Part shown: positions 21,590-30,830 of the stretch, one piece after another
How the letters are laid out: every line of letters begins with the position of its first letter
Numbering within the stretch: the stretch's first letter is position 1
Source: an uncultured Chloroflexia bacterium
Lineage (GTDB): Bacteria > Chloroflexota > Limnocylindria > Limnocylindrales > CSP1-4
DNA length: 64,000 bases
Direction of reading: 5' to 3'
NCBI GenBank assembly: GCA_963740825.1
Contig: CAVUFD010000002.1
Coordinates: 4,267-68,266, forward strand
Made by a program: the position numbers and the translations under genes
Notes under the pieces: model-generated
Told to the model about the DNA's origin: nothing
What the model saw: only the letters and a program-made list of their open reading frames with translations
Database searches by the model: none

Positions 21590-22268
21590 ATGGCGACGAC
21601 GCTGCGCAGGCCGCTCGACCGGCTCCTCGATCTCGCGCTGCCCGCGACCTGCCCGGGCTGTGGGGCGGAGGGCCCGCCGATCTGTGCGTCATGCCGGGTC
21701 GCCCTCGACGGCCGTCTGGCGCTGCCGGCCGGGACGCCGCTCGGGCTCGCCGACGGCCCGCCGGAGCCGCTCCTCCAGCTCGAGTGGTGTGCGCCGTTCA
21801 GCGGCACGCTCCGGCGGGCGCTCCACGCGCTGAAGTACGCGGGCGAGCGCCGGCTCGCCGAGCCGCTGGGCCAGGCCGTGGCCGACCGATGGCGCCGGGC
21901 GGGCGCCGGCGGCGACCTGTTCGTCCCGATCCCGGTCCATGCCACCCGACGCCGCGAGCGGGGCTACGACCAGGCCGAGCTGATCGCGGCGGCGGCCGGC
22001 CTCGCGCTCCCGCTGCCGTGTGTCGCCGGCCCTCGACCGCGTCCGCGCGACGACCGCCCAGTACCACCTCGACCGACGCCACCGGGCGGCGAACGTCGCC
22101 GAGGCGTTCGTCGTGCGGGCGGGCGCTCGCCAGGCGGTGCATGGGCGCTGGATCGTGCTCGTCGACGACGTCGTGACGACCGGCGCCACGCTGAGTGCCG
22201 CGGCGGAGGCGTTGCTCGACGCCGGCGCGCTGGCGGTCAGCGCGATCGCGGTCGCCCGCGAGCGATGA
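21590..22268 (+). CDS. comFC: ComF family phosphoribosyltransferase (ComFC-like); frameshift near 22020
   Basis: N-terminal zinc finger CPGCG...CASCR, and a PRTase motif WIVLVDDVVTTGATL located in a second frame. Confidence 0.65.
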
Positions 22269-22397
22269 CGTCGCGGGCCGGTCGAGTCATCGGTGGCCGC
22301 GCCTGCCCCGTCTATACTCGACCTCCCAGCGGGCCCGGTCCGCCGGCCCGTCGCCCCCCGCAGCCAGGTGCCGAGTCCGCGCCGGGAAGGTTTGCCG

Positions 22398-23039
22398 TTG
22401 AGGACGATCGTCAGGGGCAAGAACCTCGAGGTTCCCGACCGGGTCCGGCTGTACGCCGAGCGCAAGTTCTCGCGCCTGGACCGGCTGTTCGACGACAACA
22501 CCGACGCGGTCGTGGAGCTCTCCAACGAGGCCCACCGCAGCGCCTCCGACGCCCACATCGCCGACGTCACGATGGTCGTCGACGGCCGCACCATGCGCAG
22601 CCGGGCCGCCGCCGGCTCGTACCAGGCCGCGCTCGACACGGTCGTGGACAAGGTCGAGCGGCAGGCGATCGACCACAAGGAGAAGCCGCGGGTCCGCGCC
22701 CGGCCCGAGGAGGAGAAGGCGATCCTGCGCCGGATCGCCGACGGCACGGCCGAGCCCGGCAACGATCGCGAGATCGTCAAGACCAAGCGATTCGCGATCG
22801 AGCCGATGTTCGAGGAGGACGCGGTCACCGCGATGGAGGAGCTCGGGCACGACTTCTACGTGTTCGTGAACGCCGAGAACGAGCGGATCAGCGTCCTCTA
22901 CCGACGGCGCGACGGCCACTACGGGCTGATCGAGCCGATGATGGGCGGCGACTACACGCCGGACCGGCGGAGCGGCAGCAAGGGCGGGACGAAAGCCGGC
23001 TCGAAGGGCGCGGCAAAGGCGGGTCGAGCCCAGGGCTGA
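22398..23039 (+). CDS. hpf: ribosome hibernation promoting factor (long HPF/RaiA)
   Basis: TTG start with SD GGGAAGG. RTIVRGKNLEVPDRVRLYAERKFSRL, plus the C-terminal dimerisation domain FYVFVNAENERISVLYRRRDGHYGLI. Confidence 0.8.
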   Translation: MRTIVRGKNLEVPDRVRLYAERKFSRLDRLFDDNTDAVVELSNEAHRSASDAHIADVTMVVDGRTMRSRAAAGSYQAALDTVVDKVERQAIDHKEKPRVRARPEEEKAILRRIADGTAEPGNDREIVKTKRFAIEPMFEEDAVTAMEELGHDFYVFVNAENERISVLYRRRDGHYGLIEPMMGGDYTPDRRSGSKGGTKAGSKGAAKAGRAQG

Positions 23040-23043
23040 TCCC

Positions 23044-23751
23044 TCAGGGCGCGCGCTCCTCGGGCGCCGGTCCGCCGGGCGAGGTTCCAGCGAACACCCG
23101 CCGGTACAGGCCCGCGTCCCGCGTCACGTACCCGTCGTCGACGAGATAGCGCCGCAGCGCGGCGACGTCCGGGTTGAACAGCGCGAGCCGCTGGTTGACC
23201 TCCTTCTCGGGGTACTCGCGGTCCTCGACGAAGACGCGCTCGAGCAGGAACCGCAGCACGACCTGGCGCTTGCGGTGCTGGGCGGGGATCGTCTCGAGGC
23301 GGCCGTCGATGAAGAACGAGCGGACGACGCGGGCCTCTTCGGGCGTCGCACCCATCCGGTCGAGCGTCTCGGCCAGGGTCTCGCCGTCGTGTGGCCACGC
23401 CCCGTCCGCTCCAGGGGCTGCCCCGGCCGAGCCGTCGGCCTCGAGCGTCGCGAGGGCCTTGGCCAGCTCCCCCACCCGGTCCCAGCGGGCGCGCAGGGTG
23501 TCGTGGCGGTCGCCGGTGCGTTCCACGAGGCCCGCGGCGAGCAGGACGTCGACCTGGCGGGCCACGGACGGCACGGGCTGCCGCAGCTCCATCGCGAGGT
23601 CGTCGAGCGACGCCGGTCGAGCGCCGACCCGCGCGACGATCCGGAGCCGATTGGTGTCGACGAGGGCCCGAAGTCCCGCCAGCAGGTCCGTATCCACGTC
23701 GCCAGTGTAGGGAGGTGGCGGCCCACCCGGCTCCGGTACGCTTCCGGCCAA
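23044..23751 (-). CDS. DUF2087-domain transcriptional regulator with ArsR-like wHTH
   Basis: wHTH LVDTNRLRIVARVGARPASLDDLAMELRQPVPSVARQVDVLLAAGLV, and the DUF2087 C-terminus ...ETIPAQHRKRQVVLRFLLERVF... The start position is uncertain. Confidence 0.6.
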   Translation of the reverse strand: MAGSVPEPGGPPPPYTGDVDTDLLAGLRALVDTNRLRIVARVGARPASLDDLAMELRQPVPSVARQVDVLLAAGLVERTGDRHDTLRARWDRVGELAKALATLEADGSAGAAPGADGAWPHDGETLAETLDRMGATPEEARVVRSFFIDGRLETIPAQHRKRQVVLRFLLERVFVEDREYPEKEVNQRLALFNPDVAALRRYLVDDGYVTRDAGLYRRVFAGTSPGGPAPEERAP

Positions 23752-24728
23752 TGCTCGCGAACGGCCGGCGCCTCGGCGCCCACCTCCCTCTCGGCCACGG
23801 CATGCTCCGGGCCGCGGACCGGGCCGCCGAGATCGGCGTGGACGCGATGCAGGTGTTCACGGACAACCCGACGTCATGGCGCCGGCGGTCCACGCTCCCG
23901 GGCGAGCTGCCGGGCTTCCGGGACCGGCTCGCGGCCGCCGGCATCGAGCCGCTCGTCGTCCACGCCCCCTACCTCGTCAACCTGGCCGCGCCCGAGCCCG
24001 AGGTCTTCGATCGCTGCGTCTCGCTCCTGGCGAACGAGATGCGGGTGGCCGCGGCCTGGGGCGCCGCCGTTGTCAACGTCCACCTGGGCTCCCATCGAGG
24101 CGCCGGCGTGGACGCGGGGATCCGGCGGTTCGCGGACGGCCTGTGCCGCGTTCTCGAGGCCGTCGGCGATGCCGCGCCCGGCGTCACCCTGGTGCTCGAG
24201 AACGGCACGGGCGGCGGGTTCGGGATGGGGTCGAGCGTCGAGCAGCTGGCCCGGATCGACGCGGCCGCGGTGGACGCCGGCGTGGGGCACGAGCGATTCG
24301 GGTTCTGCCTCGACGTCGCCCACCTGTGGGGGGCGGGCTACGCGATGGACCGGCCGGCCGGCGTCGACGAGCTGGTGGCGGCGTTCGACGGCGCGGTGGG
24401 GCTGGATCGCCTACGTATGGTCCACCTCAACGATTCGCGCTCGGAACGAGGCTCGCGCGCCGACCGCCACGAGCACCTTGGCGCGGGGCTGATCGGCGCC
24501 GCGGGCCTGGCGCGGGTGCTGACGCATCCGGACCTCGGCCACGTCGCGTTCTACCTCGAGACGCCGGGCATGGACGAGGGCTACGACGAGGTCAACCTCG
24601 ATCGCGCCCGCGACCTCGCGGCGGGGCGAGCGCTGGCGGCGCTGCCGCCCGAGGCGTTCGAGACCCGCAGCGCCAAGGGCCGGAGCGCGCCCGGCCGAGG
24701 CCGACGACGACGAGCCACGAGGCGGCGC
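23751..24728 (+). CDS. nfo: endonuclease IV (AP endonuclease family 2); no in-frame stop before the downstream GT-C gene
   Basis: LGAHLPLGHGMLRAADRAAEIGVDAMQVFTDNPTSW ... VVNVHLGSH ... VTLVLENGTG ... FCLDVAHLWGAGY ... HLNDS. Matches the E. coli Nfo blocks. Confidence 0.7.
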
Positions 24729-26345
24729 GTGACCGACGACGAGGCGAGCGCCCGGGAGGCGCCGTCACGCCCCACCCGGCCGACCTGGCGCGAGGTCGGC
24801 CTGCTCGTGGCGATCGTCGCCCTCGCCGCGCTCCTGCGGCTCCCCGGCCTCGACCAGCGCGGGGCGTGGGACGCCGACCAGGGCACGGACATGCTGGTGC
24901 TCCAGGGCCTGGTCGACCGCGGCGAGGTGCCGCTGCTCGGCCCGCGGACGTCGATCGGCACGTTCCATCACGGGGCCGTCTACTACTACCTGCTCGCGCC
25001 GGCGGCCTACCTCTCGGGTGCCGATCCGGTCGCCGTGACGGCCGAGATCGCCCTGTTCGGGATCGGCGCCGTCGTCGCGGTGTGGTGGCTCGCCCGGCTC
25101 GTCGCGGGACCGGTCGCGGGGCTCGCGGCAGGCCTGCTGGCGGCGGTCTCCCCGGCCGGCATCGAGGCGTCGACGTTCATCTGGAACCCGAACCTGATCC
25201 CGCTTGCGTCGGCCGTCGCGTTCGGGGCCGCGTTGTACGCGATCCGGTCGCGCCACGCCCGCTGGTGGCTCCTGTCGGCGCTCGGGGCGATGGTCGTGAT
25301 GCAGTGCCACGTGCTCGGTGTCGTCGTGGTGCCGCCGCTCCTCGTGGCGTGGCTGGCCGACGTCCGGGGGCGGCGGCGCCGGGACGAGCGCCTCGGGCCG
25401 GCGATCGGCGCGGGCGTCGGGGCCCTGGCGATCCTCGCGGCGGGCTACCTGCCGCTGCTCGCCTTCGAGCTCCAGCACGACTTCGCGGAGACGCGAGCGA
25501 TCCTCGGCTATCTCGGCGGCAGCGGCAGCAGCGCCGCGTCGGGCGCCCTCGCGCGGATCGGGATCGTCGGCGCCCGGTCGATCGCGTGGCCGGTGTCCGG
25601 CCTGTTCACCGATCGACCGCTGCTCGCGACGCTGGCCGTGGTCGCCGCCTGCGTCCTGGCGGTCATCGCGGTGGTCGCAGGCCGTGGGACTGGCCGGCGC
25701 GCCGCGGCGTGGCTCGCGGGGTCCGTCGCGTGGGCGATCGTCGCGCTGGCCCTCTTCGCACCGAGCCTCGCGGTCATCACGCCGGGCTTGGCCAACGACC
25801 ACTACCACTCGTTCCTGGACCCTCTCGTCCTCGCATTGCTGGGCGCCGGCCTCGCCCACCTGGCCGGGCGTGCGACCGGTGCGGGCGAGGCGCCGCCGCC
25901 GGATCCGGTGCCCGCCGTGCGGACCGTCGCCGCCGCGGGACTCGGCGTCCTGCTGATCGCGGTGTCCGTCGTCGCGTGGCCACCGGCGACGTCTCCCGAT
26001 GGCGGCTGGCGGCTGGCCGACGAGGCCGCGGCTCGGACGATCGGGGCGACCGGGGATGGGCCGCTGGTCCTGGTCGGGATCCCGTCGTTCAAGAACGCCA
26101 ACGCGATGCGCTTCCCGCTGGTGCATCGCGGCGCGACCCCGCTGCCGGATGACGCTTCGGTGGCCGCCACGGGCACGCTCGTCGTCGTGTGCGACCCGCT
26201 GTTCGCCGACGTCGTCGGCGCCGCCTGTGGTGGTCCCGCGGAGGATGCGCTGCTGGCCGAGCGAGGCGCCGCAGGGCTCGGCCTCCTGGACCGCTTCGAT
26301 GCCGGCCCGCGGCGCGTGATCTCGGTATACGGCACCGCTCCGTAG
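24729..26345 (+). CDS. GT-C ArnT/PMT-family membrane glycosyltransferase #3 (in frame with nfo; start inferred at GTG 24729)
   Basis: LLVAIVALAALLRLPGLDQRGAWDADQGTDMLVLQGLVDRGEVPLLGPRTSIGTFHHGAVYYYLL, followed by at least 10 TM helices. Confidence 0.5.
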   Translation: MTDDEASAREAPSRPTRPTWREVGLLVAIVALAALLRLPGLDQRGAWDADQGTDMLVLQGLVDRGEVPLLGPRTSIGTFHHGAVYYYLLAPAAYLSGADPVAVTAEIALFGIGAVVAVWWLARLVAGPVAGLAAGLLAAVSPAGIEASTFIWNPNLIPLASAVAFGAALYAIRSRHARWWLLSALGAMVVMQCHVLGVVVVPPLLVAWLADVRGRRRRDERLGPAIGAGVGALAILAAGYLPLLAFELQHDFAETRAILGYLGGSGSSAASGALARIGIVGARSIAWPVSGLFTDRPLLATLAVVAACVLAVIAVVAGRGTGRRAAAWLAGSVAWAIVALALFAPSLAVITPGLANDHYHSFLDPLVLALLGAGLAHLAGRATGAGEAPPPDPVPAVRTVAAAGLGVLLIAVSVVAWPPATSPDGGWRLADEAAARTIGATGDGPLVLVGIPSFKNANAMRFPLVHRGATPLPDDASVAATGTLVVVCDPLFADVVGAACGGPAEDALLAERGAAGLGLLDRFDAGPRRVISVYGTAP

Positions 26346-26413
26346 CCCCGCGCGCGCGGCGTCTTGCCGCGTGGCCCGCCGCCGCGCACCGCTCCGCCGC
26401 CCGCGCCGCCCAC

Positions 26414-26634
26414 ACGCCTTACCACGTCTCGCGCTCGCTCCGCGCCGCCTCGCGTCCCCGCGCTCGTATGCGCACCACGTTTACCGGCGGCGGATCCACG
26501 GGCCCGCGGGGCCCCGGATGCTCCCCGCAGACCTGGGACGCATACCACGGTCGATTCGGGCGCGATTCGCGGTCGCGTGACGCCTCACACCGGCCCAACA
26601 GGCGCTTCGCTAAACCTGGCACGCATACGGCGGG
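26414..26634. repeat. array of five short imperfect direct repeats (consensus ACGCATACCACGG) spaced about 45-60 bp
   Basis: Copies at about 26414, 26468, 26537, 26579 and 26620, inside a 570-bp convergent intergenic region. Confidence 0.45.
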
Positions 26635-26795
26635 GCCCGATGCGGCCGGGCCGAGGCCGGCCAGGCGTAGAGCGGAGTCGAGGGCCGGCCGAGTCGAGGG
26701 GCGGGGCGGCGCGGGGCCCGATGCGGCCGGGCCGAGGTCGGCCAGGCGTAGAGCGGAGTCGAGGGCCGGCCGAGTCGAGGGGCGGGGCGGCGCGT
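26632..26795. repeat. tandem direct repeat, 2 x about 82 bp (one mismatch)
   Basis: GGGGCCCGATGCGGCCGGGCCGAGGCCGGCCAGGCGTAGAGCGGAGTCGAGGGCCGGCCGAGTCGAGGGGCGGGGCGGCGC is repeated head to tail. It contains GGCCGG/CCGGCC hairpins. Confidence 0.7.
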
Positions 26796-26917
26796 GGCCC
26801 GAGAGGCCGCGCCCGCGCCGAACCCCTCAAATGCGAACGCCGGCCCCTGCAGACCGGCGTTCGCTGTCCCCGAGACCCGAACGTGGAGGGACGTTCAGGT
26901 CGTGCCCTGGAGGTGTT

Positions 26918-27466
26918 CTATGGTCGACCCGGCGTGCGGGTCGGTGGCCGCGCGGGCGGCCGCTGGACGCCGTAGCGCGGCGGGAGGGCGCGGACCGCGG
27001 GAGCCGCGGCGACGCCGGCGACGCCGTTCTGGCGCCCGTAGACGGAGCCGGAGCTCATCGAGCCGTTGCCGTTCGAGCCCGGCTCGGCGGCCCCGACGCT
27101 GGAGTAGGTCCGCGCGAACCGGCGCACCCGAACTGCCAGGTAGTACTCCATGATCTGCCGGACCTGCGGCTCGGAGAGCGCCTCGTCCGCCCGCAGCGCG
27201 TACTCGACGCGCGCGGTCGGGTTCTGGGGCCCCACGGACACCACGCCGAGCGCGGTGGACGTGTCGGAGTCGTCGCGAATCTCACGCAGGCCGCGAGCGA
27301 GCTTGGTCGCCGTGCCGAGGGAGGGCATCCGGTCGCCGCGGATCAGTCGGGAGATCGTCGAATGGTCGACACCCGACTGCTGCGCCAGCTGGCGCTGCGA
27401 CATCTTCTTGGCCTTGAGCTGGGCTCGCAGCCATTCGTTGAACGCGCGGCCGTTATCGGTCGTCAT
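26918..27466 (-). CDS. XRE-family HTH transcriptional regulator
   Basis: HTH SQRQLAQQSGVDHSTISRLIRGDRMP, with a low-complexity C-terminal tail. Confidence 0.6.
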   Translation of the reverse strand: MTTDNGRAFNEWLRAQLKAKKMSQRQLAQQSGVDHSTISRLIRGDRMPSLGTATKLARGLREIRDDSDTSTALGVVSVGPQNPTARVEYALRADEALSEPQVRQIMEYYLAVRVRRFARTYSSVGAAEPGSNGNGSMSSGSVYGRQNGVAGVAAAPAVRALPPRYGVQRPPARPPTRTPGRP

Positions 27467-27703
27467 GCTCGCCTTGGGCTAGGCTCCCGACGCCCGGTGC
27501 GCGGGATCGATTGGAGTGTCGGATGTGAACCTTGCAGGCCCAATCACCCGTTCGTACGGGACGCCTGATCGGATGCCCGTGTGGCCCCGAGAGGTCTTGT
27601 GGGGTCGCGTGCGGTGCGGGCGTGACCCGTTCGGATGGCCCCCCGGCGGTACCCCGGATCGCGGCCCTGCGGCGGCCCGATCGCGGCGCCCCGAGAGTCC
27701 CGT

Positions 27704-28861
27704 TCAGGCCGTCGGCGCGGTGGCCTCGATCGGCTGCGAGAGGCCCACGCCGCGGCGGATCGGCGACACCAGGTACAGGATCGAGCCGATGACGATGATC
27801 GAGAACACGCTGATCAGGCGGTCCACCAGGACGATGGTCGTCGCCTCCTGGGTCGGGAGCCCGTAGGCGAGGGTCAGCACCCCGACCACGCCGAGCTCGA
27901 CCGTCCCGAGGCCCGCAGGGCTGAGCGGCACGGCGGTCAGCAGGGACCCGATGAAGGCGACGAAGAACGCGCCGGAGATGCCCATCGAGACGCCCGGCAG
28001 GCCCAGCGCCTGGATCACCAGCCACAGGCGCAGGCCCTCGGTCACCCAGATGAGGACGGTCAGGATCGCGAGGGGCCCGAGCGTCCGCCGGTTGATCGAG
28101 AACAGACCCTCCTCGAACCGGTCGTAGAACTCGAGCGCCCGCTCCGGGAGCGGGAGCTTGCCGAGGATCGCCCGGCCGAAGTTGCGCACGGCGAACAGGA
28201 AGCCCGCGAGCACGACGATGACGCCGATGCCCAGGACGGCGACGAACTGGATCTCGGGCGGGAAGCCGGTCCGGAAGCTCCAGAAGCCGGCCAGCAGGCC
28301 CAGGATCGCGATCGCGAACAGGTCGAAGATCCGCTCGATGAAGATCGTGCCCAGCGTGCGGGAGCCCGACACATCGGCGTTGATCTTGAGCAGGAACGCG
28401 CGGTAGAGATCGCCGAGCTTGGCCGGCACCAGGCAGTTCACCGTCCACGACAGGAACAGGATCTCGGTCGCGTCCTTCGTCCCCACGCGCATGCCGGCGC
28501 CCTTCAGCAGGAGCGCCCAGCGCGCGCCGCGGATCGGGAAGCCGGCGTAGAACACGAGGAAGGCGGCGATCAGGAGCAGCTTGTTCGCGCTGGCGACGCT
28601 GTTGGCCAGCTCCGCGAAGTCGACGTTCAGCGCGACCCGGAAGATCAGGACCAGCAGGACCAGCGGGACGCCGAGGGAGATGATCGTCCGCGGCTGCCGC
28701 AACCGGGCACCGAGCGAGATCTGGCCGCCATCGTCGTCGGCGCGGCCGTTGCCACCCTCGGTGGGGCGCGGCGTGCGGGTCGATCCGGCCTGGCGGGCCA
28801 GCGGGTTGGCTGCGGGGATCGCAGGGGTGGCGTCGGCGTCGGACACGGGCGGTTCACTCAT
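27704..28861 (-). CDS. lysylphosphatidylglycerol-synthase-TM-region (UPF0104/flippase-like) family membrane protein
   Basis: Eight predicted TM helices. The start MSEPPVSD overlaps the stop of the upstream PHP gene (ATGA). Confidence 0.7.
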   Translation of the reverse strand: MSEPPVSDADATPAIPAANPLARQAGSTRTPRPTEGGNGRADDDGGQISLGARLRQPRTIISLGVPLVLLVLIFRVALNVDFAELANSVASANKLLLIAAFLVFYAGFPIRGARWALLLKGAGMRVGTKDATEILFLSWTVNCLVPAKLGDLYRAFLLKINADVSGSRTLGTIFIERIFDLFAIAILGLLAGFWSFRTGFPPEIQFVAVLGIGVIVVLAGFLFAVRNFGRAILGKLPLPERALEFYDRFEEGLFSINRRTLGPLAILTVLIWVTEGLRLWLVIQALGLPGVSMGISGAFFVAFIGSLLTAVPLSPAGLGTVELGVVGVLTLAYGLPTQEATTIVLVDRLISVFSIIVIGSILYLVSPIRRGVGLSQPIEATAPTA

Positions 28862-29568
28862 GTGCTGGCACCCGCGTTTCCGGACGGGTCGTTGGAGACC
28901 CGCCTGTTCCCCCGGGCGCGATTGACGAGCTTGGCAATCGGCGTGAGCGTCCGGACGATATACGAGGCACGGCCGGGTACAAGCGAGACGTTGGTCAGGG
29001 CTGCCATCAACCCTTCGGCGGTGGAGGGATTGCCCTCGAGCACGGTGTACGCGACGCCGACCTCCACGACGCTGTGGGCGTCGGACACCGCGATCCCCGG
29101 CAGGCCCATCTCGAGCGCGAACGCGGCGGCCTGCTCGTTGCCCGATCCACCCACCACGCGCGCGTTGTGGGATTCGACCCAATCGACGAGCGGCGCCATG
29201 GCCTCCAGCCGCGGGTCCTTGAGCATCGAGCCCCGGAACCGGTCGAACGGGTGCGGGATCCCGACCAGGCCGCCCTGCGACCGAATCTCGTCGATCGTGT
29301 CCCGCGCGGGCAGCCCGGGGGCCACGGCGCGCTCGAGGAACAGCCCGATCAAGTCGCCGTCGAGGGTCTTGATCTCCTCGCCGACGATGATCGTGAGGTC
29401 CGCGGGCGCCGCGTCACGTGCCCGGAGCGCCCCCTCGATCCGGTCATGGTCGGTGATCGCGAGATGCGTCAGTCCCCGCGTCGCCGCGGCCTTCACCACG
29501 CTCTCGGGATTGGCGAGGCTGTCGAACGACACCGACGTGTGGCAGTGCAGGTCGACGAACGCCCTCAC
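28858..29568 (-). CDS. PHP-domain metal-dependent phosphoesterase
   Basis: FVDLHCHTSVSFDS ... HLAITDHD ... IPHPFD ... VSDAHS. Confidence 0.75.
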   Translation of the reverse strand: MRAFVDLHCHTSVSFDSLANPESVVKAAATRGLTHLAITDHDRIEGALRARDAAPADLTIIVGEEIKTLDGDLIGLFLERAVAPGLPARDTIDEIRSQGGLVGIPHPFDRFRGSMLKDPRLEAMAPLVDWVESHNARVVGGSGNEQAAAFALEMGLPGIAVSDAHSVVEVGVAYTVLEGNPSTAEGLMAALTNVSLVPGRASYIVRTLTPIAKLVNRARGNRRVSNDPSGNAGAST

Positions 29569-29648
29569 GCCAACCCCCCGATGAGAGAACGTCCCTCGAC
29601 GGCAGCAGACGCGTTGACCTCGCAGGGGAGGTGGCGCGGGCTACCGGA

Positions 29649-29683
29649 CGCGATCTCAGTCCCCCCAGGGACTGGAATCGCGG
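29649..29683. repeat. short palindromic element GCGATCTCAGTCCC-ccca-GGGACTGGAATCGC (family shared with the atpD-atpC spacer)
   Basis: 7-bp stem hairpin between mreB and the PHP gene. Its flanks GATCTCAGTC / GACTGGAATCG recur at 32892-32947 and, inverted, at 32704-32760. Confidence 0.5.
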
Positions 29684-29722
29684 AGGATGCCCACGTCGCC
29701 AGCCCGCCCTGAACCACGGGCC

Positions 29723-30721
29723 TCAGATCTGCTGCACCAGGGACTTCTTGAAGAAGTCGAAGTGCTCGAGGGCGAGGCCCGTGCCGAGGGCGACGCAGTT
29801 GAGGCTGTTCTCGGCGACGTGGCACGGGACGCCGGTCACCTGGGTCAGCAGCTTGTCGATGTTGCGCAGCAGGGAGCCGCCGCCGGACATGACCATGCCC
29901 TTGTCGATGATGTCCGAGGACAGCTCGGGCGGGGTCTGCTCGAGGACCGTGCGGACCGCGGCCACCAGCTGCTGGAGCGGGACCTCGATCGCCTCCATGA
30001 CCTCGGACGAGGTGATCGGGATCGTGCGCGGCAGGCCCGCGATCAGGTCGCGGCCCCGGACCTCCATCGTCAGCTCGCGCTCGAGCGGCAGCGCGGCCCC
30101 GATCGCGATCTTGACCTCCTCGGCGGTCCGCTCGCCGACCATCAGGTTGTACTTCTTGCGGATGTAGGTCGCGATCGCCTCATCGAACTTGTTGCCGCCG
30201 ACGCGGAGGCTGTTGGAGACCACGATGCCGCCGAGCGCGATCACCGCGATCTCGGACGTGCCGCCGCCGATGTCGATGATCATGTTCCCCGACGGCCCGC
30301 TGATCGGCACGTTGGCCCCGATCGCCGCCGCCAGCGGCTCCTCGATCAGGAACGCCTCCTTGGCGCCCGCCTTCAGCGCCGCATCGCGGACCGCGCGCTT
30401 CTCCACCGAGGTGACGCCCGCGGGGACGCTGATCATGACCTCGGGCCGGCCGACGCCGATGCGCCCCTTGGTGGCCTTGCCGATGAAGAACCGGAGCATG
30501 GCCTCCGTGATGACGTAGTCGGCGATGACGCCGTCCTTCATCGGCCGGATGGCCTGGATGTTGCCGGGGGTGCGGCCGATCATCTCGCGGGCCTCTTCGC
30601 CCACGGCGACGATGCGGTTGTCCTCGCCGACCGCGACGACCGAGGGCTCGGTGATGACGATTCCCTTGCCCTTGACGTAGACGATGACGTTCGCGGTACC
30701 GAGGTCGATTCCAATCTTCAT
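29723..30721 (-). CDS. mreB: rod-shape determining protein MreB/Mbl
   Basis: [16 protein letters not shown] ... [20 protein letters not shown]. Confidence 0.9.
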   Translation of the reverse strand: MKIGIDLGTANVIVYVKGKGIVITEPSVVAVGEDNRIVAVGEEAREMIGRTPGNIQAIRPMKDGVIADYVITEAMLRFFIGKATKGRIGVGRPEVMISVPAGVTSVEKRAVRDAALKAGAKEAFLIEEPLAAAIGANVPISGPSGNMIIDIGGGTSEIAVIALGGIVVSNSLRVGGNKFDEAIATYIRKKYNLMVGERTAEEVKIAIGAALPLERELTMEVRGRDLIAGLPRTIPITSSEVMEAIEVPLQQLVAAVRTVLEQTPPELSSDIIDKGMVMSGGGSLLRNIDKLLTQVTGVPCHVAENSLNCVALGTGLALEHFDFFKKSLVQQI

Positions 30722-30830
30722 GGGGCGGTGAATGCTACTCCGGGTGGCGTGGTCGCCCGGGACGGCGACCGGGGAGGTGATGGATCGGTGGGGGGCCGGG
30801 GCGACGGCTGGGCCTCCGTCGCGGGCGGTG

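Noticed and set aside
26414-26795. Possible CRISPR array
   Set aside because: The repeats are short and imperfect with irregular spacing. The 82-bp units are tandem with no spacers. No cas genes are present.
26364-27153. Multiple 60-200-aa Arg-rich ORFs in the 26.3-27.1 kb intergenic/repeat region
   Set aside because: Composition artefacts of 75% GC repeats, with mutually overlapping frames.
27453-28448. 331-aa minus-strand ORF overlapping the LPG-synthase-TM gene
   Set aside because: It is an alternative frame of a genuine membrane-protein gene, and its translation is Arg/Pro-rich junk.
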